DNA of 63,323 nucleotides, counting the filler. It is 8 parts of 8 records of this genome, joined end to end, with 100 filler letters (N's around TTAATTAATTAA, not from the genome) between each part and the next. Parts side by side here need not be neighbours in the genome. Positions count along the whole stretch, not along the records: positions 28,895 to 36,181 come from SRR31156797_26454; positions 36,282 to 41,967 come from SRR31156797_26458; 6 more parts are not named here. One strand, written 5' to 3'. Under the pieces are notes generated by a model. That model saw only the letters and a program-made list of their open reading frames with translations, made no database searches and was not told the origin of the DNA. This document shows, one piece after another, positions 29,041 to 38,251 of this stretch (position 1 is its first letter; each line of letters starts with the position of its first letter). A program made the position numbers and the translations under genes.

Positions 29041-30588
29041 TTACTCCTGGACCCCGGCCATTAACTCTTCCCGTATTTGCTGTTTCAAAACCTTCATCAA
29101 GGTGCTTTTGGGCAGTTCATTCAGGAATACAACCTTTTTGGGGCATTTGTACGAAGCCAGATCATTCTTGGCGAACTCAACGATCTCTTCTTCCGCAACT
29201 GTCTGACCGGGGGCAAGGACCACGGCCGCCGTCACAATCTCGCCCCAAACCTGGTCCGGAAGTCCGACAACGGCGGCCTCTGCTATCGCCGGGTGCTTTA
29301 TCAGGACGTTTTCTACTTCAGCCGCGTAAACGTTTTCGCCGCCGGAGATGATCATGTCCTTTTTTCTATCAACCAGATAGAGATACCCGTCTTCATCGAG
29401 CCGTCCCATGTCTCCGGTGTACAGCCAGCCGTTTCGCAAGGCCTCGTCAGCGGCCTCTTGATTTTTGTAGTAACCGGTCATAACGGCCGGGCCGTTGACT
29501 ACAACTTCGCCGATTGTCCCGGCGGGAACCTCCCTGCCGTTTTCGTCAAGCACGCGAATAATGTTATATGGCGCCGGTCTGCCGCAGCTTTCAGGACGCC
29601 CAGCCTTGCTATGAGAAGGCAGTACCGCGATCCATGGATTTTCTGTCTGGCCGAACACTTCAAACATGGTTATTTCAGGGAAATCGATCATGATCTGATT
29701 TCTCAAATCCACGGGCATGGGCGCTGCTGCCGAACCCCACATTCTCATGGAGCCGAGATCATATTCTCCGCTGACAGCTGTAGCGTGTATGAACAAAAAC
29801 ATCAAAGGAACGAAGAAGGAAAAGGTCAGCCGCTCCTTTTGAATGGCCTCCAGGCACTGGGCTGGATCAAAGCCTCGTAGCATAAATATAGTCGCGCCCT
29901 GGTTAAAGGCCCCCACCAGCGCGTCGTCCAGGGCGGCCACATGAAAGAGTGGTGCAGTCAACAGAACCCGGTCGTCCGCGGACATATTGAGCCCCATGCC
30001 GGCCATCGTGCTTGACCAGATCACCGCCTCGTGCGTTCGCCAAACGCCTTTGGGCATGCCGGTGGTCCCGCCGGTGAAAAGCATTTCGCATCCGTCACTG
30101 GATTTCACCTCGATTTGAGGCTCGTCGTCTATGTACTCAGCCATCAGGTCTTCATATAAAAGGCTTTGACCGACCGGCTCCTTACCATCGATGATATATT
30201 TTTGCACCTGGTGCAATTGGTTTGAGATGGAATCGACAATATCGGAAAACATATCCGAATAGATGAGAGCTTTGGAATCGGAAAAATGAATGAGCATCTG
30301 CAGCTCATTGGCTGACAGACGCCAGTTAAGAGAAACAGCCGCGGCCCCGATTTTTGAAACGGCGAAATAAGATTCCACGAATTGGTTGCAGTTCTGAAAA
30401 AGGAGACCGACTTTGTCTCCTTTTCCTATTCCAAGGTCCAGGAGGGCGTTGGCCAGTCGATTCACTCTTTGGTTGATTTGTCGGTAAGTGAATCTATGTC
30501 CTTCAAAGATCAAGGCTTCTTTATCCGGGTAATTCAGTGCGTTTCTCAATAACACGTTACCAACCGTCATTGCACTCAAATCTTGCAT
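29041..30588 (-). CDS. AMP-forming acyl/aryl-CoA ligase
   Basis: FTGGTTGMPKG, FGQTE, TGDMG, DRKKDMIISGGENVY motifs. Confidence 0.93.
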   Translation of the reverse strand: MQDLSAMTVGNVLLRNALNYPDKEALIFEGHRFTYRQINQRVNRLANALLDLGIGKGDKVGLLFQNCNQFVESYFAVSKIGAAAVSLNWRLSANELQMLIHFSDSKALIYSDMFSDIVDSISNQLHQVQKYIIDGKEPVGQSLLYEDLMAEYIDDEPQIEVKSSDGCEMLFTGGTTGMPKGVWRTHEAVIWSSTMAGMGLNMSADDRVLLTAPLFHVAALDDALVGAFNQGATIFMLRGFDPAQCLEAIQKERLTFSFFVPLMFLFIHATAVSGEYDLGSMRMWGSAAAPMPVDLRNQIMIDFPEITMFEVFGQTENPWIAVLPSHSKAGRPESCGRPAPYNIIRVLDENGREVPAGTIGEVVVNGPAVMTGYYKNQEAADEALRNGWLYTGDMGRLDEDGYLYLVDRKKDMIISGGENVYAAEVENVLIKHPAIAEAAVVGLPDQVWGEIVTAAVVLAPGQTVAEEEIVEFAKNDLASYKCPKKVVFLNELPKSTLMKVLKQQIREELMAGVQE

Positions 30589-30598
30589 TACTCACCCC

Positions 30599-32527
30599 TT
30601 ACGGTAAATCGTTTATCAACTTTTCCAATTTTAATTGGTTGAGCTTTTCCGAAGTCGGAACGCCTGTTTTGATATCCCAGCCCTTTTCGTCGTAGTAGTT
30701 GTCGAGAATCCCTTTGACGTCTTCCGGTAAAATACGTCCCTTTCGAAAGTAGTCCATGACCATGCGCGGTTCGCCCCCATCCAGACGTTTTAGCGGCTTG
30801 AACCATTTACGGGGAAAAGCGTCGTCTTTTCGATCGAATCCTTCCCTGACGTTAAGCATTTTATACAAGTTGTACGCGCGTTCGGCCGCTTCACGCAGTT
30901 CCTCGGGGCTGGTTTCAATCCCGGTAGCCGAGCTGTATAAATCGGCGCATACATCAATATTGAAAAGCCTTGAACTCTGCATTCGGAAACAAATTCCAAG
31001 CGAATTCAAAACCGTGGCCCAGTTCTCGTAATGGGCCAGCAGCCTGGCCGTATCAAAACCCGGTTCCACAAAGATTCTTTCCATCGAGCTTTCCGGGAAT
31101 CCCATCTTGGCGGCAACCTTCTTGAACCACCCAGCTTCCCGGCCCGGGGCCACTGTCAGGCCGCCGATGGGCATGTCGTGCGCTCCCCTGGGATTTGTCA
31201 CCTGGCCCAGCACCTCAACGCCGAAGGAAGCCCGGGCGTCAAAATCAGGTTCGGTTCCCTTGATGTGGTGGGCGTATTTTTCGCACCCGCGACCGATTTC
31301 CTTAATCGCCCCCAACCAGCCCCGGGACAGGATGCGGCCGAATCCCTGGTTGTCCTTGACCAGTTCCATGGCCCGGTCAAACGTCTCCAGGTCCGATTTC
31401 AATTCCAGACCACCGGTGTCTTCCCGAGTGATGATTCCCCGTTCGTAAAGCTCGACGGCAAAGTCCAGAACGGCAGGGAAGGTCATGTAATCAATGCCGT
31501 ATCGGTTAGCCCGGTCGAAAAATTCCACAGCCGTATTCATGTCTCGAGCGCCGAAACGAGAGGCCTGAAGCAACTCCATGGGCGTTGAGATATAGGTTTC
31601 TTTTCCATTGTTTTCAATTATCAGGACGCCCTTGTCCGCAGCCAGACAGGCCGGGCAGGAGATTGTCTTTTTTTTAACTTTCAAATATTCCTGTTGACCA
31701 AAGTTTTTATTGATCTCTTCATCCAGGGAACAAACGCTGTAGTTTTGTTCAATGATATGCCCGGCGCCTAACCAGACCGGAAGAACCGTAAAAAGGTGGA
31801 GTTGGGTCCACATCGGCCGTAAAGGGTCATCCCAGGCTTTGCCGTACAATCCGTCGACTACCTTCATAAACCTTTTTGGCTCGGCGGGGCTGAACCCGGC
31901 ATTACCTTTAATCACCACGGCTTTGAGGTTTTTCGATGCGAAATTCGCGGCGTTGCTCCGGCCGAAGGTGGAGCACTTATCAATCAAAATGATGGATGTA
32001 TATCCGAGGTTTTCGCCGGCCGGACCGATACAGGCGATACTGCAATGGGGGCTCCCGCCATGCCTGGCCTTCAGCCGGTCGGTTGCTTCATAGATATCCA
32101 GGCCCCACAGGTCGCCGGCGTCCCGCACCTCAACCTTGTCACCGGCGACGTACAAGTAGACCGGTTTATCGGCTTTGCCGTTCACGATAATATGCTCGTA
32201 CCCGGCCCACCTCATCGCCGGCCCGAAGTGGAGGCTGCCTACGGCCGTAGTGACCGTACCGGCAGCCGGGCACTTGGTTGTCAGAAAGCTTTTTGGAGTA
32301 CTGGGGCAGGCTGTACCATTAAGGACCCCAGCGCCGAAAATGATGGGCATATCCGGGGACAAGGCATCCATACCCGGCTTGATATGTTCATAAGCCAGTT
32401 TGGCGTTAAGCCCCCAACCGCCGATGAATTCCCTGGCGGTTTCCGACGCCAACGGTTCGGCCCGCGTCTCCCTGTCCGTCAGGTTTACGTGTAATATTTT
32501 TCCGAAATAACTTGAATCAGTTCCCAT
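30599..32527 (-). CDS. Aldehyde:ferredoxin oxidoreductase (AOR/WOR) family W/Mo-pterin enzyme, divergent
   Basis: GKILHVNLT, FIGGWG, CIGPAGE, SKNLKAV, RGAHD, SLGIC, NVREG..D..P motifs. Start moved to ATG 32527 (GGAGG RBS). Confidence 0.92.
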   Translation of the reverse strand: MGTDSSYFGKILHVNLTDRETRAEPLASETAREFIGGWGLNAKLAYEHIKPGMDALSPDMPIIFGAGVLNGTACPSTPKSFLTTKCPAAGTVTTAVGSLHFGPAMRWAGYEHIIVNGKADKPVYLYVAGDKVEVRDAGDLWGLDIYEATDRLKARHGGSPHCSIACIGPAGENLGYTSIILIDKCSTFGRSNAANFASKNLKAVVIKGNAGFSPAEPKRFMKVVDGLYGKAWDDPLRPMWTQLHLFTVLPVWLGAGHIIEQNYSVCSLDEEINKNFGQQEYLKVKKKTISCPACLAADKGVLIIENNGKETYISTPMELLQASRFGARDMNTAVEFFDRANRYGIDYMTFPAVLDFAVELYERGIITREDTGGLELKSDLETFDRAMELVKDNQGFGRILSRGWLGAIKEIGRGCEKYAHHIKGTEPDFDARASFGVEVLGQVTNPRGAHDMPIGGLTVAPGREAGWFKKVAAKMGFPESSMERIFVEPGFDTARLLAHYENWATVLNSLGICFRMQSSRLFNIDVCADLYSSATGIETSPEELREAAERAYNLYKMLNVREGFDRKDDAFPRKWFKPLKRLDGGEPRMVMDYFRKGRILPEDVKGILDNYYDEKGWDIKTGVPTSEKLNQLKLEKLINDLP

Positions 32528-32783
32528 CGCCGACCCCTCCCTGCTCTTTAATAACCAAGGCGCCGTAGGGACAATGCCGGGCGCAGACCAGGCACTGGTT
32601 GCAGTCCTCGGTGTAGCTGATATCAAAATCAAAGCCGTTCGCTTTCGGAACCACCCGGATGAACGCCTGGGCCGGTATAAAAGATTTTTGCCAGGTCATC
32701 GAGCACCTGATCTGACACGTCAGGCAGCCCGTGCAGTTTTCCGGATGCAAAACGACCCGGCTCGCATCTGAACTTAATGTCAT
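32517..32783 (-). CDS. Small 2x[4Fe-4S] protein, likely AOR partner
   Basis: CTGCLTCQIRC and CNQCLVCARHCP; overlaps the AOR start. Confidence 0.88.
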   Translation of the reverse strand: MTLSSDASRVVLHPENCTGCLTCQIRCSMTWQKSFIPAQAFIRVVPKANGFDFDISYTEDCNQCLVCARHCPYGALVIKEQGGVGDGN

Positions 32784-32802
32784 AGCTTTCTCCTTCCGGC
32801 TG

Positions 32803-33063
32803 TTACCAGGAATGGCTTATGGCCTTGTGTGAACAGACTTCCTCGCATTTGTAGCCACAGGTCCATCTGTCGCAGACGCCGCCAATCTGGTTAACCAGTT
32901 CGTCCCTTATTTTGGGAACGGTTTCGTCGTAATCGTCCAGAATCATTTCGATGACGCCATTGGGACATTCTTCCGCGCACTTGCCGCAGGCGTCGCATTT
33001 GTCCGTGTCAATGGTCACATAATATGATCCCGAACCATCCGCGTATCCGTAATTAGCCAGCAT
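32803..33063 (-). CDS. Ferredoxin, BzdM-like
   Basis: MLANYGYADGSGSYYVTIDTDKCDACGKCAEECP N-terminus and AISHSW C-terminus, as in ferredoxins of bzd-type reductase clusters. Confidence 0.82.
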   Translation of the reverse strand: MLANYGYADGSGSYYVTIDTDKCDACGKCAEECPNGVIEMILDDYDETVPKIRDELVNQIGGVCDRWTCGYKCEEVCSHKAISHSW

Positions 33064-33077
33064 TTTGTCACTCCTGG

Positions 33078-34424
33078 TCAGTTGGCCGCGGCAGCAGCCG
33101 AGGACTTCCGCGCTTTGAAGTCTTTACGTTTTTTAATCCTGCTAACCTGTTCCAGAAAAATTCTGATCTGCCGCCTGGCCGGGCCTTCAGAAAAGTCCCG
33201 AGGATCGGCCGGACTGCCTTCAAGCATCATGCCCGGCAGGCCCAACTCTTCCCGAAGAGTAAGTTTTTCGCCGAGCTCCCCATAGGAGACGCCCTTACAC
33301 CCTCTAACGGCATGCCAGACCGCGCCGTCAGCTTCCGCTTCCACAGCCAGCCGCTTAATCGCTTCGATCCCGGCGTCCAGGCGGGGCCGGCAATGCATGG
33401 CCACAATTCCTTTGGAAATCTCCCAAAGGCATTCGTCGATGTTGGCGGGTTCCTTCCATTCCTTAAACCAGGTTGGCGTCGTGTCTTTGCACCACTCGTA
33501 ACGTAAATCATGTCCCCACGTTTCAAGGTAGGGTGAGCCAACAAACGTAGCTCCGTGGGATTCAAAGTATTTCAAGACGCCCAGCGTATACCAACCGGGC
33601 TGGGCTTGCCACAGCAAGCGAATCTGCTCGTCTTCCAACCCTGACACGCCCTTTTCCACTCTCTCATGGAGTTCTTCAATCGCGGCTTCAAGCACGTCCC
33701 CGGCCGAGGGCCTAGTAGGCAGGGCGATGATCAGGTTTTCAAAGGTAAACAGGTTCCGGATAGTAATCGGGGATGGTTTTTTTCGCCACATGCGCATCAG
33801 GTCGTCCCAGAGGACTTCATTTCTATGCATGTTGATGGTCGCGTCAATCAACTTCTCCTCATTGACCTTCTGCCCAAGCGACCACTCCAGGAATTCGAGG
33901 CAGTTCCCGGCCTGAACGGCATAGTAGTCCACTGCATCCCGGACGGCCTCTTCATCCCAATTCTTCAGATCCTGAAATGGAACCAACGCAACGTCCAGTG
34001 TGAAAAACGGTGCGTTATGATACCGGGCCAGGGACTCGAACCACTTGGCCTGGACCACGCAGAGACCCTCTTGGCCAAGGACCGCGGCAGGCTTTGGGTA
34101 TTGACCGATAAAGCTCCGGCCTTCAATCATGGACCCCAGAGTCATTCTGGCGTAGGAACACAGTTCATGGGGGAAGCCGCACCGCTCGGCGGTTTCGCAG
34201 AAGCTGATCTCACGGACGAAACCGCATATTGATCCGTACCATTCCCCGGCGATATACACGGCGTCAAAGGCAGCGCCGATCTGGGGCGGAACCATGGCCG
34301 TGGCCATAATCACCGGCTTGCCGTCGGCCATGCCCTGCATGATATCGGCGTTATATGAATTGTTTACTTCCTTTAAAAACCCCCAGGTCTTCAAAGGAGG
34401 GCTCTTTCTTTCCTTGCGTTTCAT
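33078..34424 (-). CDS. Class I aryl-CoA reductase / 2-hydroxyacyl-CoA dehydratase family subunit, BzdO-like
   Basis: PLKTW N-terminus, GEWYG, ELCSYAR, KWFE, HAVRGCKG, EGSPADPRDF. Confidence 0.8.
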   Translation of the reverse strand: MKRKERKSPPLKTWGFLKEVNNSYNADIMQGMADGKPVIMATAMVPPQIGAAFDAVYIAGEWYGSICGFVREISFCETAERCGFPHELCSYARMTLGSMIEGRSFIGQYPKPAAVLGQEGLCVVQAKWFESLARYHNAPFFTLDVALVPFQDLKNWDEEAVRDAVDYYAVQAGNCLEFLEWSLGQKVNEEKLIDATINMHRNEVLWDDLMRMWRKKPSPITIRNLFTFENLIIALPTRPSAGDVLEAAIEELHERVEKGVSGLEDEQIRLLWQAQPGWYTLGVLKYFESHGATFVGSPYLETWGHDLRYEWCKDTTPTWFKEWKEPANIDECLWEISKGIVAMHCRPRLDAGIEAIKRLAVEAEADGAVWHAVRGCKGVSYGELGEKLTLREELGLPGMMLEGSPADPRDFSEGPARRQIRIFLEQVSRIKKRKDFKARKSSAAAAAN

Positions 34425-34459
34425 TTTGGTCTCCTTTTCCGTGGTTCAAGGAAGCTCTC

Positions 34460-35734
34460 TTATAAGGCCAGGGCCTCTCTGGCGTCTGGTTCCAAAACGT
34501 AATCAACCGGATGAAGCATCTCCAGGAAAGCCTGGACGCGAGTCTTGATCTGTCCGACCGAGATGATGTTGTCCACTTCCAGGAACAAGGATGGGACCCC
34601 GATTTGATTAAAAGCCTGGGCGACGTGATGATAATCAAAGCCGTGAGGGTCGCAGAACTTCTGGATCAAGGCCACTACGCCTTCGACCTTGTGGTCGATG
34701 GCCAACTGCAGGGCGTGTCGAAAGCGGCATATTCTTTCCGGATTGTTAATGGATGTTTCAGGTCTCCTTGCCTTTGGGCTCGGTTTCAAGGAGAAACATT
34801 CGACGTCCCGGAAAGGACAGGATGTGCATTCCAACCATCTGGACGGCGAGTGTTTTGACGGGCAGGGAGGCCGGGAGACAAGATACCTCTGGACCAGAGC
34901 CTCCAAAGGATCATCCATCCCCCCCGGGGTTTCGCCCATGATATACCTGGTGGAAGTGCACGTGTCGTCGGTGACCACATCAGCGCCCAGGTCATCCTCT
35001 ATCAGGTCCAGGAGTTTCAAATTGTCGAGCGGGCTGCCGACGATCATTACCCTGGTCGAGCCTGTCCGGCGCTCTTTTCGAGCAGGGAGTTTTTCCAACA
35101 ATTCCTTTAATCGGGCATTATGATCGGCCTTGTCGGTCAGCATCCCGGAAAGTGTTATCAGAAAGGCCTCTTTGCCGCTTATAAGCGGCGGCGCCGCTAT
35201 ACGCGTCCTGAATATCTCCCTGGTCAGAGCCCGGTTCTCATCATAAACGTCTATGGCCGCCCACAAGTCGTCGTCGGTGACGGCCCGACCGGAAAGGTCC
35301 TCCATGTCTTTCCTGAATCTGGCCAGTTCGTTGTAAAAGTATTTCTTGGCTTCCGGGGCGTCAATCAGGCCTGGTGTGTAAATAAACCTGTTGAAAGGAA
35401 TATTCGCGGCCATTTGCAGGTTGTCAAAGGCCAACCTCATGGTGGTGCAGGAATATCCGCTGACCAGCCCGTCCATGCTCTTGAAGTCGCCCTGAAGGCC
35501 CTGATGAAGGATGCTCCTGGCAAACGTGCAATAGTAGCTCTGCATATAATTATCGCTGAGGGTTGGGGCTTCTTCGTTTGATAAAATCCTTATCGGGACG
35601 TATCCCGCGGCGTAAATAATCTCCTCCGGAACGTAACTGCAGAGATAACCGATCGTCCCTTTTTGCGTCTCCCGTCTTATCAGGCGTGACCGGTCGGCCC
35701 TGCTTTCGACGATTTCCTCAAAATGAGTGAACAT
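34460..35734 (-). CDS. Class I aryl-CoA reductase / 2-hydroxyacyl-CoA dehydratase family subunit, BzdN-like
   Basis: GYLCSYVPEEIIYAAG, YCTFAR, DDTCT, RPPCPSK, QKFCDPH, GQIKTRVQAFLE. Confidence 0.83.
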   Translation of the reverse strand: MFTHFEEIVESRADRSRLIRRETQKGTIGYLCSYVPEEIIYAAGYVPIRILSNEEAPTLSDNYMQSYYCTFARSILHQGLQGDFKSMDGLVSGYSCTTMRLAFDNLQMAANIPFNRFIYTPGLIDAPEAKKYFYNELARFRKDMEDLSGRAVTDDDLWAAIDVYDENRALTREIFRTRIAAPPLISGKEAFLITLSGMLTDKADHNARLKELLEKLPARKERRTGSTRVMIVGSPLDNLKLLDLIEDDLGADVVTDDTCTSTRYIMGETPGGMDDPLEALVQRYLVSRPPCPSKHSPSRWLECTSCPFRDVECFSLKPSPKARRPETSINNPERICRFRHALQLAIDHKVEGVVALIQKFCDPHGFDYHHVAQAFNQIGVPSLFLEVDNIISVGQIKTRVQAFLEMLHPVDYVLEPDAREALAL

Positions 35735-35745
35735 GACCTTTTCTC

Positions 35746-36181
35746 CTAACCGTCGCCTTTTATCTTCAGCAGCGCGTCCTTGGCGAAAACGGCCGCGCCT
35801 AGCGCACCAATAATCTGAGGCTCCTCGTAAATAAAGGCCGTAAGGCCCAACCTCTCTTCCACTCGTTTTGCGACGCCCTTGTTTTTAGCGATGCCGCCGG
35901 AGATGACCAGCTCCTCTTCTACCTTTGACCGCCCCATCAGGCTTAAAACCCTACTGGTCAGGGCCTCACATGCGCCAGCCAGAATATCGTTCTTATTTAC
36001 GCCGTTTCTCGAAAGCTCCAAAACCTCCGAACGGGCGAACAAGACGCACGTGCTGGTGATCGGGGCCGCCTCTTTCTCTATTTGAAAGGACAAATCGCCC
36101 ACGTCTTCCAAAGGCAGTCCAACCAGCTTGGCCATAACCTCCATTGAACGGCCCGCACCGGCCGCGCATTTGTCGTTCATG
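35746..36181 (-). CDS. ATP-dependent activase subunit (BzdQ/BcrA/HgdC family), 5'-truncated
   Basis: MNDKCAAGAGR, STCVLFARSE, SGGIAKN, PQIIGALGAA motifs of ASKHA-type activases. Confidence 0.9.
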
Positions 36182-36281
36182 NNNNNNNNNNNNNNNNNNN
36201 NNNNNNNNNNNNNNNNNNNNNNNNNTTAATTAATTAANNNNNNNNNNNNNNNNNNNNNNNNNNNNNNNNNNNNNNNNNNNN
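36182..36281. other. Artificial contig linker
   Basis: N44-TTAATTAATTAA-N44. Confidence 0.99.
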
Positions 36282-37010
36282 ATAATGTGCCAGCTCTTCG
36301 GTAAACTGCGGTCCGTGATAGACCATCTTCAGAAACAGCGGTCGTCCCGCCTCGGCAACACCAGCAAGCGAGCGGACGATCATGTCATTGATGAAACCGC
36401 CTAGCAGCTTCGGATCGATCGGATTCTGCATCGCGTTCGGATCAAATACTTCCAGAAAATGATTGAATCCCTTGCGTTCGGCTTCTTCCCGGAATTCCTT
36501 GTATTTCAGCAGCGACGCCTCATCGAGCGACAGATCATTGTTATACGTCACCGAATACAACCCGAGATTCGCTCCGGTCTCACGATCTTCAGGCCGGCAG
36601 TCCATGTATCCGCACTGGATATGATCGATCGCCGCCGTCCGGAACGGACGCGAAGGCTCAGCCGAATACGCCCCACCTCGCACCGCGTGAATATCCGTCG
36701 TATCATTCGCCCGCGCAGCCGGCGTGATATGCGACTGATCGAACAACCGATCCTGGATCGTCAGGATCGAGTTCGTATGCGCCGACATCAGCATGATGTC
36801 CACGAGTCCCTGTCGCACCACCTGGCGGATGCAATCCCGGTATTCTTCCAGGCTCCGGAAGTGCCCTTCATGTGCATGCATCTCGGGGCTCTTGCCCGGT
36901 GCCGCGATCCCGAATGCCATGTCGGCATCCTTGGCATCCGCGATGATAAACTCACGCGAGTTCGGATCACTTTTAATTTTCGCCAGCTTGGTATCCAATG
37001 ATTTCATCAT
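36282..37010 (-). CDS. Uncharacterised protein, possibly a class I aldolase-like TIM barrel, 3'-truncated
   Basis: Codirectional with and ~20 nt from the BMC operon. IADAKDADMAFG, FLEVFDPN and PLFLKMVY motifs. The fold is an inference. Confidence 0.6.
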
Positions 37011-37029
37011 GACAGTACTCACAATACTG

Positions 37030-37317
37030 TTAGTCAGCTTCAACACTCACTTCATCCAGGATCGCCGCACAGTAGGCATCCACCGGAACATCGGTCGGAT
37101 AAAACGGACACGCCGCCTCCCGCCCTTCACTGAGCGATACCCGACAGCCCACATCGGCCCCGAGTTCGTCATACGCAACCAGCGGCTCGGTCGATACCGG
37201 CTTGCCATCGCGAAGCGTCTCGGTCCGAAGCGGCTGAACCAGCAGAAACTTTCCGCCGGCCACCTCTTCAACCCGGTGCGACAACGTGACTCGTCCTATG
37301 ACCTGGGCAATTCGCAT
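37030..37317 (-). CDS. BMC pentamer shell protein (EutN/CcmL family)
   Basis: MRIAQVIGRVTLS, YDELGADVG, EGREAA, PVDAYCAAILD. Confidence 0.92.
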   Translation of the reverse strand: MRIAQVIGRVTLSHRVEEVAGGKFLLVQPLRTETLRDGKPVSTEPLVAYDELGADVGCRVSLSEGREAACPFYPTDVPVDAYCAAILDEVSVEAD

Positions 37318-37319
37318 CG

Positions 37320-37952
37320 TTAACACGTCCCTCGTGCAGCAGGCTGCACCGCCTGGGAAGCTCCAGTGCCACTGATGGCACCATCGATGACCGGATCGCT
37401 CGCACGCGTTCCGGTCAGAAACGTATCGATCATCGCATTCATCTGGGACAAAGACGTCTGCCCGTGCTCCAGAATCAGCATGTTCATATTCAACTCCCGC
37501 ATCAGCATCCAGAGATCGCTGGGCTTCTTCGCAATCGCCGCGCGAACCGCGGCATGCTTATTCGCCACGCAGTTGCAGAGAGCCCCGCTCTCCACCAGCA
37601 CAACACCCAATCGCTGACTGCATTCCGCAAGCCCGACACATGCGGTATCCAATGCCTGAAGCAATCCTGCCCGGTATCCCTGGCAAGGCAGAAATTCAAT
37701 CTTGCCGTATTCACGCTCCAGCCGTGGGATGATCGTCTGCACATTCGAATTCGCCGCATCCGCGACAACGAACGTCGTAGCTCGTGAAGGAACCGCAGGT
37801 TCACTCGCATGTGAGTACCGAACAGGAACCCGCGTATCCCGAAGCCAGTCCGCCGCCGCAGGCGTCACGATCGCGTTCCGGGGAATGATGATCTCACCCT
37901 TCTCCCGCGATTCGACGATCAGTGTTTTAACGGTTACCAGCAGCCTCGACAT
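37320..37952 (-). CDS. BMC-associated protein with degenerate RpiB/LacAB-like domain
   Basis: IVTPAAADWL N-terminal motif; CVANKHAAVRAA...NMLIL resembles the RpiB ANKxxGIRAA...NVL motif. Confidence 0.7.
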   Translation of the reverse strand: MSRLLVTVKTLIVESREKGEIIIPRNAIVTPAAADWLRDTRVPVRYSHASEPAVPSRATTFVVADAANSNVQTIIPRLEREYGKIEFLPCQGYRAGLLQALDTACVGLAECSQRLGVVLVESGALCNCVANKHAAVRAAIAKKPSDLWMLMRELNMNMLILEHGQTSLSQMNAMIDTFLTGTRASDPVIDGAISGTGASQAVQPAARGTC

Positions 37953-37969
37953 ACCTGCACTCAATCCCT

Positions 37970-38230
37970 TTATGAAAGCGGAGCATGCTCCACGATCCCC
38001 AGCACCGTCCAGCGTGCCGGAGAGGTATCATCGTTCAGCGTCTCCCGCGTCCCTTTCCCGTCACTGCTGATCATCACCAGGTCGCCGACAGCAGCACCCA
38101 GCTCATCGATCGTGATTACCGGCTCCAGCGTCAACGAGTTCACCGGCTGCACGAGCATCAGCTTCCACCCTTCGAGGGAGCGATGCTTGATCGTCGATGT
38201 TGCATGTCCGATGACGCGTGCCAGCAGCAT
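37970..38230 (-). CDS. BMC pentamer shell protein (EutN/CcmL family)
   Basis: MLLARVIGHATSTIKH, DELGAAVGDLV, SSDG; ATG 38230 with GAGG RBS. Confidence 0.92.
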   Translation of the reverse strand: MLLARVIGHATSTIKHRSLEGWKLMLVQPVNSLTLEPVITIDELGAAVGDLVMISSDGKGTRETLNDDTSPARWTVLGIVEHAPLS

Positions 38231-38251
38231 AAGAAACCTCAATCAGGCCAG

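Noticed and set aside
30599-32527. Calling the AOR-family gene bamB (class II benzoyl-CoA reductase)
   Set aside because: I could not recognise BamB-specific motifs, and no bamC-I-like genes are present. It is left as a divergent AOR pending phylogeny.
29077-36085. Many plus-strand ORFs in segment 4
   Set aside because: Antisense to the coherent minus-strand operon, with no recognisable domains.
35746-37010. Apparent linkage of the aryl-CoA reductase cluster with the BMC operon (an aromatic-degrading microcompartment)
   Set aside because: They are separated by an artificial linker (36182-36281), both flanking genes are truncated, and the segments differ in sequence style.
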